Of a stretch of 41,029 nucleotides of DNA, positions 1-8,974 are shown piece by piece; within the stretch, counting starts at the first letter, position 1, and each line of letters opens with the position of its first letter. The notes under the pieces are model-generated. The model searched no databases and was not told the origin of the DNA. It saw only the letters and a program-made list of their open reading frames with translations. Source of the DNA: Deltaproteobacteria bacterium (GTDB taxonomy: Bacteria > Desulfobacterota > Desulfomonilia > UBA1062). The position numbers and the translations under genes were made by a program. The DNA is taken from positions 1 through 41,029 of the forward strand of contig DSAD01000257.1 of assembly GCA_011372875.1 (NCBI GenBank). Reading direction: 5' to 3'.

Positions 1-55
1 CTCATTGACAAATCTTTGATACTATTCCTCGATGAATGCTTGGTTGTCCTTGTTA

Positions 56-84
56 TTGACAGACAGAGCCAGGGTCTGTATTAT
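56..84 (+). promoter_or_regulatory. sigma70-type promoter for the riboswitch leader
   Basis: TTGACA (56-61), 17 nt spacer, TATTAT (79-84). Predicted +1 near 91, just before the aptamer. Confidence 0.75.
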
Positions 85-95
85 GCACGCTCAGA

Positions 96-150
96 AAGGG
101 GATGGAGTCCCCCAATTAGATAACCGCCTGTATGGCTGATGACTCCTGCC
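96..150 (+). ncRNA. fluoride riboswitch (crcB motif)
   Basis: GGGGATGGAGTCCCCC...TAACCGCC-tgtat-GGCTGATGACTCCTGC matches the crcB consensus: P1 GGGG/CCCC, P2 GCC/GGC, pseudoknot GGAGT(104-108)/ACTCC(142-146), conserved GCTGATG. Confidence 0.9.
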
Positions 151-241
151 GGGGGCATGATCGGCAGGATGGACATATCATAAAAAACCGCTTCCTGTAT
201 CGAATAAACCCCCTGGAATGATTCCCATAAAAGGATGGTTT

Positions 242-691
242 ATGAAGAAACCCGCTCATTTTCAATCCAAAGAAAAACAACCGGAGTCCTTCGTTAAGGG
301 ATAGTGTGAACAGCCGTTGTCGGTTCTCATCGAACAGGGCATGGAGACTCTCAAGAGTGCCGGAGCGGAATTCGGTTATGACGCCGGCAAGACTTCTCTG
401 CTGCATCAGCGGCTGAGGGAAGGAAGATTTCATCTTGCCGTGCCCGGCCAGTTCAAAAGAGGCAAAAGCACACTCTTGAATGCGCTTTTGGGAGAAACGC
501 TTCTTCCGACCTCGGTTATTCCGCTGAGAGCTATCCCGACCTTCATCAGATCAGGTTCAATGAAGCTCAAGGTTACCCATGCATCTTCCGGCAGCCAGGA
601 GGAGATCCTGTGCGAGTCCAGGATCGAACTGATCTCTGCTCTCGAACAGTATGTTTCAGAAGAGAAAAACCCGAGGAATCGCCTCTTGTAG
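242..691 (+). pseudogene. truncated bacterial dynamin-like GTPase
   Basis: P-loop GQFKRGKSTLLNALLG and LLPTSVIPL are present. ATG 242 with AAGGA upstream is in frame but interrupted by TAG at 302-304. The ORF stops at 691, before any G3 (DxxG) motif. Confidence 0.8.
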
Positions 692-761
692 GCAGCCATT
701 GATCAGGCACCATTTTCTTAACACAATTCAGATGCAAGATGTGGGTTAAACCCCGGCAGAC

Positions 762-790
762 TTGATTTCGCTGAACCGGGGTCCTATTAT
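762..790 (+). promoter_or_regulatory. sigma70-type promoter, very short leader
   Basis: TTGATT-17-TATTAT, ending 12 nt before ATG 803. No SD. Confidence 0.5.
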
Positions 791-802
791 TCTGAAAATC
801 CT

Positions 803-2893
803 ATGGAAAGACATAACAGACTCAAAGAAGAGATAAGCCCCTACCTTCTCCAGCATGCCGCGAATCCGGTCGCGTGGCGGCCATGGAATGAAGAGGCATT
901 TACCGAGGCACAAGATCTCGACAAGGCAGTGTTTCTCTCCATCGGATACTCCTCCTGCCACTGGTGTCATGTCATGGCCCGTGAATGCTTTGAAGATGAC
1001 GAGGTGGCCCGGCTCATGAACGATGCTTTCATCTGCGTCAAGGTGGACCGCGAGGAGCTACCCCATATCGATGCCACCTATATGACGGCCTGTCAGATGA
1101 TGACTGGCAACGCGGGCTGGCCGCTCACCATCATCATGACACCTGATAAACAGCCGTTCTTTGCCGCCACCTATCTCCCCAAACATTCAAGGCAGGGCCT
1201 TATCGGCCTGATGGAACTCATCCCGATCATCGACAATACATGGAAGACGAATCAGAAGGACCTCATACATTCCGCCCGCCGGATATCCGCGGCCGTAGCA
1301 GATGCCCTTAAAAGTGAACCCGGCAGTATCCCGGATAAAAGCCTTGTCCAACACGGCTTTGAAGGACTCGCTGCCGGATTCAGCCCGACGTACGGAGGAT
1401 TCGGTGACGCCCCCAAGTTTCCGGCACCGCATAACATCATGTTTCTGCTGAGATACCACAGACGTTTCAGAGACAGCCGCGCACTGAACATGGCGACAAG
1501 ATCACTGGATGCCATGCGCATGGGAGGAATCTTCGACCATGTAGGCTTCGGATTTCACCGTTACTCGACAGATGCGAAATGGCTCGTTCCTCACTTTGAA
1601 AAGATGCTCTATGACCAGGCCCTTGCCGCAATCGCCTATACCGAAGCATACCTGGCCACAGGGCGGGGCAGCTACCAGAGAACAGCCAGGGAGATCCTGA
1701 CATATGTCCTGAGGGAAATGGTCTCGGCCGAGGGCCTGTTCTTTTCGTCCCAGGACGCCGACACCGAGGGAAGTGAGGGGAAATTTTATGTATGGACGGA
1801 CCAAGAACTGAGATCCATACTGAACAAGGAGGATTATCTCTTTGCGACAAAGGCCTATTCCCTGCAAAAGCAGGGTAATCTCTCCACAGCATTCGCCCAC
1901 GACAAGATCATCCTTCACATGAACACACCCCCTGAAAGGACAGCCGAGCATCTGGGCATGGACGATACCACCTTGTCCAAAAGGCTTGAACAGATACGAG
2001 CGGCCCTGTTCGAGAAACGCAGCATGAGAGCAAGGCCGTTTACTGACGAGTCAACACTGACTGACATCAACGGCCTCATGATCGCCGCACTTGCCAGGGC
2101 AGGACAGACATTCTCAAGCAGGGAATATCTTGAAGCAGCAGCCAAAGCCGCTGATTGTATCCTGGAGAACATTAAGGACTCAAAAGGCAGGCTGCTCCAT
2201 GTCTATCGCCCCGGCAGACCAGGCGCAGAGGCGAGCGCGAAAGACTATGCCTTCCTTATCTGGGGTCTGATCGAGCTTTATGAGGCGGTGTTCGATCTGA
2301 AATACCTTAATTGCGCTTCGGCATTAGCCCGCGAATGTATCGAATATTATTGGGACAATAAAGACGGGGGCATCTTCCTTACGTCTTGTGAGAGTGACGT
2401 GGTCATCGCCAGGATAAAGGATTCGCACGACGGGGCACTGCCATCGAGCAATTCGGTATTCCTGCTGGACCTGATCCTGCTTGCAAGGATTACCGGCGAT
2501 ACGGACCTCGAACAAAAGGCTTATGACACGGCAAAAGCATTCTCTAAGACAATGGCAACGTCTCCTTCCTCCCATATCTTCATGTTGATGGGTCTTGATC
2601 TTTTACTGGGACCTGCCTGCGAGGTAGTGCTTTCGAGCAGCACCGACACAGGCGGTATCGAAGAGAAGCTGCTGGCCCTGCGTTCACGTTTCCTTCCGCA
2701 TGTCGTTGTCGTGCATCGCCCGGACGAGGCAACTAAGGGGCTGCCGGAGCATATTAAAGACAAATCTCCTCAAGACAATAAAACCACTGCATATGTCTGC
2801 TCGAATCGATCGTGTCTCGCCCCGACAACAGATACCGCCGAGATGATAAGGCTTGTCATGAAAAAAGGCCGGGCCACACAGGAACTAGAATGA
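803..2893 (+). CDS. thioredoxin-domain protein, YyaL/SSP411 (DUF255) family
   Basis: NRL..E.SPYLLQHA.NPV.W, SIGYSSCHWCHVM, KVDREE, GGFGDAPKFP, PHFEKMLYDQA. 696 aa. Confidence 0.93.
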   Translation: MERHNRLKEEISPYLLQHAANPVAWRPWNEEAFTEAQDLDKAVFLSIGYSSCHWCHVMARECFEDDEVARLMNDAFICVKVDREELPHIDATYMTACQMMTGNAGWPLTIIMTPDKQPFFAATYLPKHSRQGLIGLMELIPIIDNTWKTNQKDLIHSARRISAAVADALKSEPGSIPDKSLVQHGFEGLAAGFSPTYGGFGDAPKFPAPHNIMFLLRYHRRFRDSRALNMATRSLDAMRMGGIFDHVGFGFHRYSTDAKWLVPHFEKMLYDQALAAIAYTEAYLATGRGSYQRTAREILTYVLREMVSAEGLFFSSQDADTEGSEGKFYVWTDQELRSILNKEDYLFATKAYSLQKQGNLSTAFAHDKIILHMNTPPERTAEHLGMDDTTLSKRLEQIRAALFEKRSMRARPFTDESTLTDINGLMIAALARAGQTFSSREYLEAAAKAADCILENIKDSKGRLLHVYRPGRPGAEASAKDYAFLIWGLIELYEAVFDLKYLNCASALARECIEYYWDNKDGGIFLTSCESDVVIARIKDSHDGALPSSNSVFLLDLILLARITGDTDLEQKAYDTAKAFSKTMATSPSSHIFMLMGLDLLLGPACEVVLSSSTDTGGIEEKLLALRSRFLPHVVVVHRPDEATKGLPEHIKDKSPQDNKTTAYVCSNRSCLAPTTDTAEMIRLVMKKGRATQELE

Positions 2894-3066
2894 ACCTCTT
2901 CTTTACTACATTTACCGCAATAGGCACCCTGTTCATAATCGGGCTTGTAGGTTTTACGGTTCTGAGCAGACGGATCCTCATTGGCAATGCATTAGGGCCG
3001 CTTTCCGTGCTGGCCATCGATATAGCCCTGCCCTGCCTGCTCTTCAGCAGGTTTCTCCCTGCATAG
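2890..3066 (+). pseudogene. N-terminal fragment of an AEC (auxin efflux carrier)-family transporter
   Basis: ATGA overlap with the upstream stop. 58 hydrophobic aa ending LAIDIALPCLLFS, the AEC TM2 signature, then TAG. Full-length members are about 300 aa. Confidence 0.65.
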
Positions 3067-3116
3067 AGTGCCCTGATACAGAAGAGATTGCCGTTTTTCG
3101 ACATCCGGGAAATACA

Positions 3117-3189
3117 TGGAGTAATGGAGTTCGTGAAGAAGAGACTGGAGTGTTGGTTTGAAAAGACTGGAGTAATGGAGTGCTGGAGT
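3117..3189. repeat. TGGAGT(NN) octamer repeats
   Basis: TGGAGT at 3117, 3125, 3146, 3168, 3176 and 3184, with an 8-nt period within clusters. Confidence 0.85.
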
Positions 3190-3207
3190 AAAGGTAAAAA
3201 CCTGTTC

Positions 3208-3270
3208 AACCTAATACTTAAAACCTGAAACCTTATACCCTGTACCCTAAACCTAAAACCTCATACCTTG
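3208..3270. repeat. nine tandem degenerate heptamers (WACYYNR)
   Basis: AACCTAA TACTTAA AACCTGA AACCTTA TACCCTG TACCCTA AACCTAA AACCTCA TACCTTG. Confidence 0.9.
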
Positions 3271-3325
3271 AGTCTGACAAGAAAGATCTGGACATTTTCT
3301 TAAGCCTCCCTTAATCTTGAACCCT

Positions 3326-4828
3326 ATGATAGCAAGCGTTAAATCGGCGTCCCTGTGGGGAACCGATGCGCTTGGGGTTGTTGTTGAGGCACATGTTCAA
3401 GGAGGTCTACCGACATTCGGCATCGTGGGGCTGCCCGACAGCTCGGTAAAGGAGAGCAGGGAACGGGTACGTTCGGCCATCATCAATTCCGGACTAGAGT
3501 TCCCCCCCAAACGCATCACAGTCAATCTGGCCCCGGCAGATGTTAAGAAGGAAGGGGGCATATTCGACCTGCCCATCTGCGTTGCCGTCCTGGCTGCGCT
3601 CGGTGTAGTCTCAAAAGATAATCTTTCAAGATTCCTCTTTGTAGGAGAGCTGGGCCTCGATGGAAGGGTTCGTCCGGTACGTGGCGTCATATCCTCTGCA
3701 TCTCTTGCAAAACGCTCCGGGCTGGACGGAATCGTGTGCCCGGTGGAAAACGTCAACGAGGCATGTCTTGCCGGGAGCGCTGTATGGCCGGTGAGAAACC
3801 TTATTGAGGTTGTAGGCATCCTTCGCGACGGCATGCCGCCGCCCGTACAGATGGATATCGAGATCTGCGCTCCTTCGGTTACCGGCCCGGACCTGGGCGA
3901 GATAACCGGCCAGTTTGTCCCCAAGAGGGCCCTTGAAATCGCAGCTGCAGGCTCGCACAACATGCTGATGATCGGGCCTCCGGGCGCAGGCAAATCCATG
4001 CTCGCAAAACGGCTGCCCTCGATCCTGCCGCCTCTTACGCGTGAAGAGGTCCTTGCATGTACGAGCATCTATTCGGCTGCCGGCCGGTTGAGACGGAACT
4101 CCATTGTCACGGCCAGGCCCTTCAGGTCTCCTCATCATACCATCTCGGACGCAGGCCTTATCGGTGGAGGAACCATTCCCACACCAGGCGAGGTCTCGCT
4201 TTCTCACAACGGCGTACTGTTCCTTGACGAGCTCCCCGAGTTCAGAAGGAGCGCGCTCGAAGCTCTGAGGCAGCCGATCGAGGACTTCTGCGTGACCGTT
4301 TCCAGGGCAAATACGGCAATAACCTTTCCGGCTCAATTCCAGTTCATAGCGGCAATGAATCCATGTCCGTGCGGATATCTTGGACATTCCAGAAGAGAGT
4401 GCCGCTGTACACCCTCACAGATAGCGAGATACAAGACAAGGGTCTCCGGCCCTCTTATGGACAGGATAGACATACACATATGGGTAGACCCGGTAGATGC
4501 ATCAAGCATACTCAACCAGAACACCACAGCATCATCCTTGAGCGTCTCCCAACGGGTGGCACACGCCAGAACAGCTCAGTACAACAGGGGGCAAGCCAAT
4601 GCACGCATTCCCGACAGCAGACTCGACGACATCTGCCTTCTTGACGGCGCGTCAAAAGGCTTGCTCATTTCCGCAATGGAAAAATACAGTCTGAGCATGA
4701 GAGGATACAAACGCGTGATCAAGGTTGCCAGGACCATAGCGGATCTTGAAGGAAGCGAAACCATAAAGGCTTCCCATGTCGCCGAGGCACTCCAGTATCG
4801 CCCGGAGCTTTCCGTTTCCATCAGCTGA
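3326..4828 (+). CDS. comM: YifB/ComM Mg-chelatase-like AAA+ ATPase
   Basis: VGLPD.SVKESRERV, ITVNLAPAD, GPPGAGKSMLA, RPFRSPHHT, LFLDELPEF, AMNPCPCG. ATG 3326 preferred over TTG 3317. Confidence 0.95.
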   Translation: MIASVKSASLWGTDALGVVVEAHVQGGLPTFGIVGLPDSSVKESRERVRSAIINSGLEFPPKRITVNLAPADVKKEGGIFDLPICVAVLAALGVVSKDNLSRFLFVGELGLDGRVRPVRGVISSASLAKRSGLDGIVCPVENVNEACLAGSAVWPVRNLIEVVGILRDGMPPPVQMDIEICAPSVTGPDLGEITGQFVPKRALEIAAAGSHNMLMIGPPGAGKSMLAKRLPSILPPLTREEVLACTSIYSAAGRLRRNSIVTARPFRSPHHTISDAGLIGGGTIPTPGEVSLSHNGVLFLDELPEFRRSALEALRQPIEDFCVTVSRANTAITFPAQFQFIAAMNPCPCGYLGHSRRECRCTPSQIARYKTRVSGPLMDRIDIHIWVDPVDASSILNQNTTASSLSVSQRVAHARTAQYNRGQANARIPDSRLDDICLLDGASKGLLISAMEKYSLSMRGYKRVIKVARTIADLEGSETIKASHVAEALQYRPELSVSIS

Positions 4829-4873
4829 TGGGGCATCTTCAAGAAGAAAACATCTCACCATTTTTATTAATAC

Positions 4874-4932
4874 TCGTCACATTGTATGACGATAGGATAT
4901 GTATGCATTGTTGGCACAGTCAAGAAATGACT
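4874..4932. promoter_or_regulatory. two GTCA-N-TGAC palindromes, candidate transcription-factor sites
   Basis: TCGTCA-N7-TGACGA (4874-4892) and AGTCA-N5-TGACT (4918-4932), upstream of the kinase gene. Confidence 0.4.
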
Positions 4933-4955
4933 ATACCGGCTTGCGGGAGAGCATT

Positions 4956-7456
4956 TTGAAAAGGGGATCCGAGAAATTCAGTATCAATGATCACCTAGTG
5001 GCCGTAGCCGTGGTCATTTCTCTCTTTATCTGGATCGCTCAGTCCATCATCGATACGAACTACCACAAAGAAACGCACCTTATCCAGGAACTGTTCTTCC
5101 CTTACCTTCCGCATCTCTGGCCCCGCCTGCTCTTTGTTTCCGCGATTATCGCTTTCGGGATATTTTCACAGCACATGGTAAAAAGAAGCAGGCTGGCCGA
5201 GGATGCGCTCAGAGAAAGTGAGACAAGATACAGAAACTTTGTAGAGATACTCAAAGACATAGTCTTCACCATCGATACCGAAGGCAGATTCACCTACCTG
5301 AATCCGCAGATAGAAAAAGTAACCGGTTACAGGATTGAAGAACTCCTGGGCAGAAGATTCACCGATATCTTAAGCCCCTCCTATCAAAAGACCACCCTGA
5401 ACAAATTCACAAGAGCGATGGCCGGTGAGAATATCCCCATATACGAAGTCGATATGCTGTCCAAGGCAGGAGAGCCTGTTTCAATGGAGCTGAACGTCAG
5501 GACCATAAGAGACGATGAAGGCACGCCGATCGGCAGGATCGGTGTGGCACGAGATATAACCGGCAGGAAAAAGGTGGAACAGGCCCTCAAGGAAAGCGAG
5601 GAAAAATTCAGGGTACTTGCCGAGTCATCACCTACCGCCATCATGCTTTATCAGGACAATGTGTGGATATATGCAAATCCTGCAGCCGAGAAGATCTGCG
5701 GCTACAGCGAGAACGAACTCAAGAAGATGCATTTCTGGGATATCGTCCACCCTGATTACAGAAAACTTGTCCAGCAGCGGGGAGAAAGTCGCCAGAAGGG
5801 GCTTGCCACCGAGCAGCGTTATGAGTTTAAGATATTGACCAAACAAGGTATTGAAACCTGGGTGGATCTTTCAGGTGCACAGACCATGTTCGAAGGCCGG
5901 CCGGCATCATTTCCGTCATCGACATCAATGACAAAAAGCTTGCGGAACAGACGATCCGCGAGAGTGAAGAGAAATACCGCACCATCTTGGAAAGTATAGA
6001 AGAAGGATATTTTGAACTGGACCTCAAGGGAAACTTCACCTTTTTCAATGATTCGCTGTGCAGGATATTTGCATGCCCGAAAGATCAGATGTCGGGCAGG
6101 AATTATCAGACATTTATAAGAGATGAAAACAGAAGAAAGATCCGCAGGATAGCACTAAACGTTTACAAGACCGGAAAGCCACAAAAGATTATAAACTGTG
6201 ATATCATCCGGGGAGATGCAAAAAATTCAAGCCTGGAGATATCCCTGTCTCTCCTGCGCGACGCATCAGACAACCCTGCAGGATTCCGGGGTATTGCCCG
6301 GGACAACACCGAAAAAAAGCGTCTGGAGGCGCAGCTCCTTCAGGCCCAGAAGATGGAAGCCATCGGAACCCTTGCAGGGGGGATAGCGCACGATTTCAAC
6401 AACCTTCTCATGGCTGTTCAGGGCAACACCTCGCTTATCAAGATGGATCTTGCCTCTGAATCTCCTCATATAAAACGGCTGGAACATATAGAGAGGTGCG
6501 TTGCGAGCGGGTCGGAGCTGACAAAACAGCTTCTGGGTTTTGCCAGGGGAGGCAAATACGAGGTAAGGCCCGTGGATCTCAACGAACTCATACGAAAATC
6601 CTCAGACATGTTCGGAAATACGAAAAAAGAGATACAGATCCACACTAAACTGAACAAGGATCTCTGGAATGTGGAAGCGGATCATGGACAGATAGAACAG
6701 GTCATGCTGAACCTGTATGTCAATGCATGGCAGGCCATGCCTGCAGGCGGCGAACTATACCTGGAGACAAGCAATGTCAGCCTTGACGAACAATATGTCC
6801 GGACATACGAGGCAAATCCAGGCAGATATGTGAAGGTTTCAGTGACAGACACAGGCAAAGGAATAAGTCGATCTGTCCTGCAGAGGATCTTCGACCCCTT
6901 CTTCACAACCAAGGACAAGTCCAGGGGATCGGGCCTGGGTCTGGCATCCGCCTATGGAATCATCCGTAATCACGGAGGCATCATCAATGTCTACAGTGAG
7001 GAAGGCAAAGGAACCACCTTCTCTATCTACCTGCCTGCATCCGACAGACATATCGTCAAGGAAGACAGCGTCATACCACAAACCCTGACAGGAAACGAAA
7101 CCGTGCTTCTCATAGATGATGAGGAAATGATCATCGATATCGGGACGGAGATCCTGAAGAAACTCGGATACACCGTATATACGGCCGAAAGCGGAGAACA
7201 GGCCCTAAAGATCTATGCAGAAAAAAACGATGCCATAGATATCGTCATCCTTGATATGATCATGCCCGGCATCAGCGGGGCGGAGACCTATGAAGGCCTC
7301 AGAGAGATCAACAATGATGTAAAGGTCCTGCTCTCAAGCGGATACAGTCTCAACGGTCATTCGGAAAAGATCCTCGAAAAGGGCTGCAACGGATTTATCC
7401 AGAAGCCCTTCAACATAACGGATCTTTCCATAAAGATCCGTGAAGTACTGAATTGA
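4956..7456 (+). pseudogene. membrane-anchored PAS x3 hybrid histidine kinase (HisKA-HATPase-REC), frameshifted near 5903
   Basis: 2 TM helices, 3 PAS domains, H-box AHDFNNLL, N-box NLYVNA, DTGKG, FDPFFTTK, GSGLGLA, and a C-terminal REC. It is split over ORFs 4899-5999 and 5987-7456. TTG 4956 has GGGAG upstream. The frameshift may be an assembly error. Confidence 0.85.
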
Positions 7457-7562
7457 ACCCACATTCTGCAGTTGAGCAAACCCATAACAGTTACGGTCCT
7501 GTGGCTTTGTTCCGTGAGATCGGCATCCAGACACGAAGGTATTTTTCCAGGTTGTCTTGTCA

Positions 7563-7581
7563 TCGCGGCTAAAGCCGCTCC
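7563..7581 (-). repeat. REP-like palindrome
   Basis: The minus strand reads GGAGCGGCTTTAGCCGCGA (stem GCGGCT/AGCCGC), the form of GTAG/GGAG-class REP hairpins. It lies between convergent genes. Confidence 0.6.
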
Positions 7582-7622
7582 AGCAGGGTTCATTTCTTGA
7601 CAGCAGACGCGCTCCAAAGATA

Positions 7623-8564
7623 CTACAAGAACAGTTCGCTAACCGAAGCCTCCTCATATATCCGCTTGATCGCCTCGGCAAGGAGTGGCGCAACGCTCAG
7701 CACAGTTATCTTTTTGCACATGGTGGCATCGCCCTTTAATGGTATGGTATCGGTGACGACAATCTCATCAAGGGGAGACTTGTCTATCCTGCTGATAGCC
7801 GGGCCTGAAAGAACTGCATGGGTACAGCACGCAGCGATCTTCCTGGCCCCTGCTTCCCGAAGCGCGACAGCACCGTTGGTCAGGGTACCGGCGGTATCCA
7901 CCATGTCATCCACTATCAGGCAGCTCTTGCCGGTAACGTCTCCGATTATATGCATGACATCGGATTCGTTCGCCCGTTCCCGTTTCTTGTCGATTATTGC
8001 GAGATCGGCCTTGAGGGGTTTTGCATATGCCCTGGCCCTCTCTACACCGCCTGCGTCAGGGGAGACTATGCAGAGGTTGTTCAAGAATCTTTCCTTAACA
8101 TAATTCAGCACAACCGGCTTGGAATAGAGATTGTCCACAGGGATGTCAAAAAAACCCTGTATCTGGCCGGCGTGAAGATCCATGGTAAGAACACGGTCCG
8201 CACCGGAAACGGCAAGCAGGTTTGCTACCAGTTTTGCGGTAATGGGTGTGCGAGGAGAGGCCTTCCTGTCCTGCCTGGCATAGCCGAAATAAGGAATGAC
8301 CGCGGTGATTCTCTTTGCAGAAGCCCTTTTCATGGCATCGAGCATGATAAGGAGTTCCATCAAATGTTCGTTAGCAGGAGAACACGTGGACTGGACGATG
8401 AAGATGTCCTTGCCGCGGATACTCTGATGGACATCGACCGATGTCTCTCCATCAGAGAATTTTTTCACATCTCCACTGCCAATCGATATACCCAGGATTG
8501 AACAGATACTTTCCGCTAACGGCCTGTTGGCATTGCCGGTAAATACACAGATGTTCGACTCCAT
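7623..8564 (-). CDS. prs: ribose-phosphate pyrophosphokinase
   Basis: FSDGE, PYFGYARQDRK, DLHAGQIQGFF, VSPDAGG, VDDMVDTAGT. Start at ATG 8564 after AGGAG. The longer ORF call runs through the tRNA. Confidence 0.97.
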   Translation of the reverse strand: MESNICVFTGNANRPLAESICSILGISIGSGDVKKFSDGETSVDVHQSIRGKDIFIVQSTCSPANEHLMELLIMLDAMKRASAKRITAVIPYFGYARQDRKASPRTPITAKLVANLLAVSGADRVLTMDLHAGQIQGFFDIPVDNLYSKPVVLNYVKERFLNNLCIVSPDAGGVERARAYAKPLKADLAIIDKKRERANESDVMHIIGDVTGKSCLIVDDMVDTAGTLTNGAVALREAGARKIAACCTHAVLSGPAISRIDKSPLDEIVVTDTIPLKGDATMCKKITVLSVAPLLAEAIKRIYEEASVSELFL

Positions 8565-8590
8565 ATATGCCTTCTCCTGAAAAAAGATTA

Positions 8591-8664
8591 TGGCTGGGAC
8601 GGGTGGACTCGAACCACCATAACGAGATCCAAAATCTCGTGTCCTGCCATTAGACGACATCCCA
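8591..8664 (-). tRNA. tRNA-Gln (anticodon UUG)
   Basis: TGGGATG acceptor stem, anticodon arm CGAGA-TTTTGGA-TCTCG, GGTTCGAGTCC T-arm, encoded CCA. This is the usual position upstream of prs. Confidence 0.97.
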
Positions 8665-8707
8665 GCAATTGAGTTACCTCAATTATTGGGGAGGCACTAT
8701 AGTGAAA

Positions 8708-8974
8708 TTATACCTCGTTGGCAATCTTTTGTTCGTAGATCTGCAGAATAGACTGTTCGATCTTGTCTCTTGTCTCCATGTTGAGGGGATGAGCCGTATC
8801 CCTGAATGTACCGTCCTTCCTCTTCCTGGAAGGCATCGCTACAAACAAACCAGTGGTTCCACTGATTACCCTGAGATCCCGGATAACGAAACAATCATCA
8901 AAAACAACAGATGCGTACGCCTTGAGTTTATCGTTATCCCTGACCGGAAACACCTTAACTTCTGTTATCTCCAT
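8708..8974 (-). CDS. spoVG: SpoVG family nucleic-acid-binding protein
   Basis: MEITEVKV, LKAYASVVFDDCFVIRDLRVI, GLFVAMPSRK, FRDTAHP. Confidence 0.95.
   Translation of the reverse strand: MEITEVKVFPVRDNDKLKAYASVVFDDCFVIRDLRVISGTTGLFVAMPSRKRKDGTFRDTAHPLNMETRDKIEQSILQIYEQKIANEV

Noticed and set aside
5-33. TTGACA at 5-10 as a promoter
   Set aside because: No -10 hexamer at 16-18 nt spacing.
302-3066. Amber (TAG) read-through or pyrrolysine at the TAGs at 302, 689 and 3064
   Set aside because: Family similarity does not resume after 691 or 3066, and TAG terminates many intact genes here (prs, pilD, rpsA, mltG).
3117-3270. CRISPR array
   Set aside because: Units are 7-8 nt with no unique spacers, and no cas genes are present.
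4912-4927. sigma54 promoter at TGGCAC
   Set aside because: No TTGC at the -12 position.
7454-7592. 6S RNA or other ncRNA closed by TGAACCC/GGGTTCA
   Set aside because: Only a 7-bp closing match, no extended rod structure visible, and not the usual 6S gene context.
8565-8660. N-terminal extension of Prs in the ORF track
   Set aside because: It runs through tRNA-Gln. The SD supports ATG 8564.
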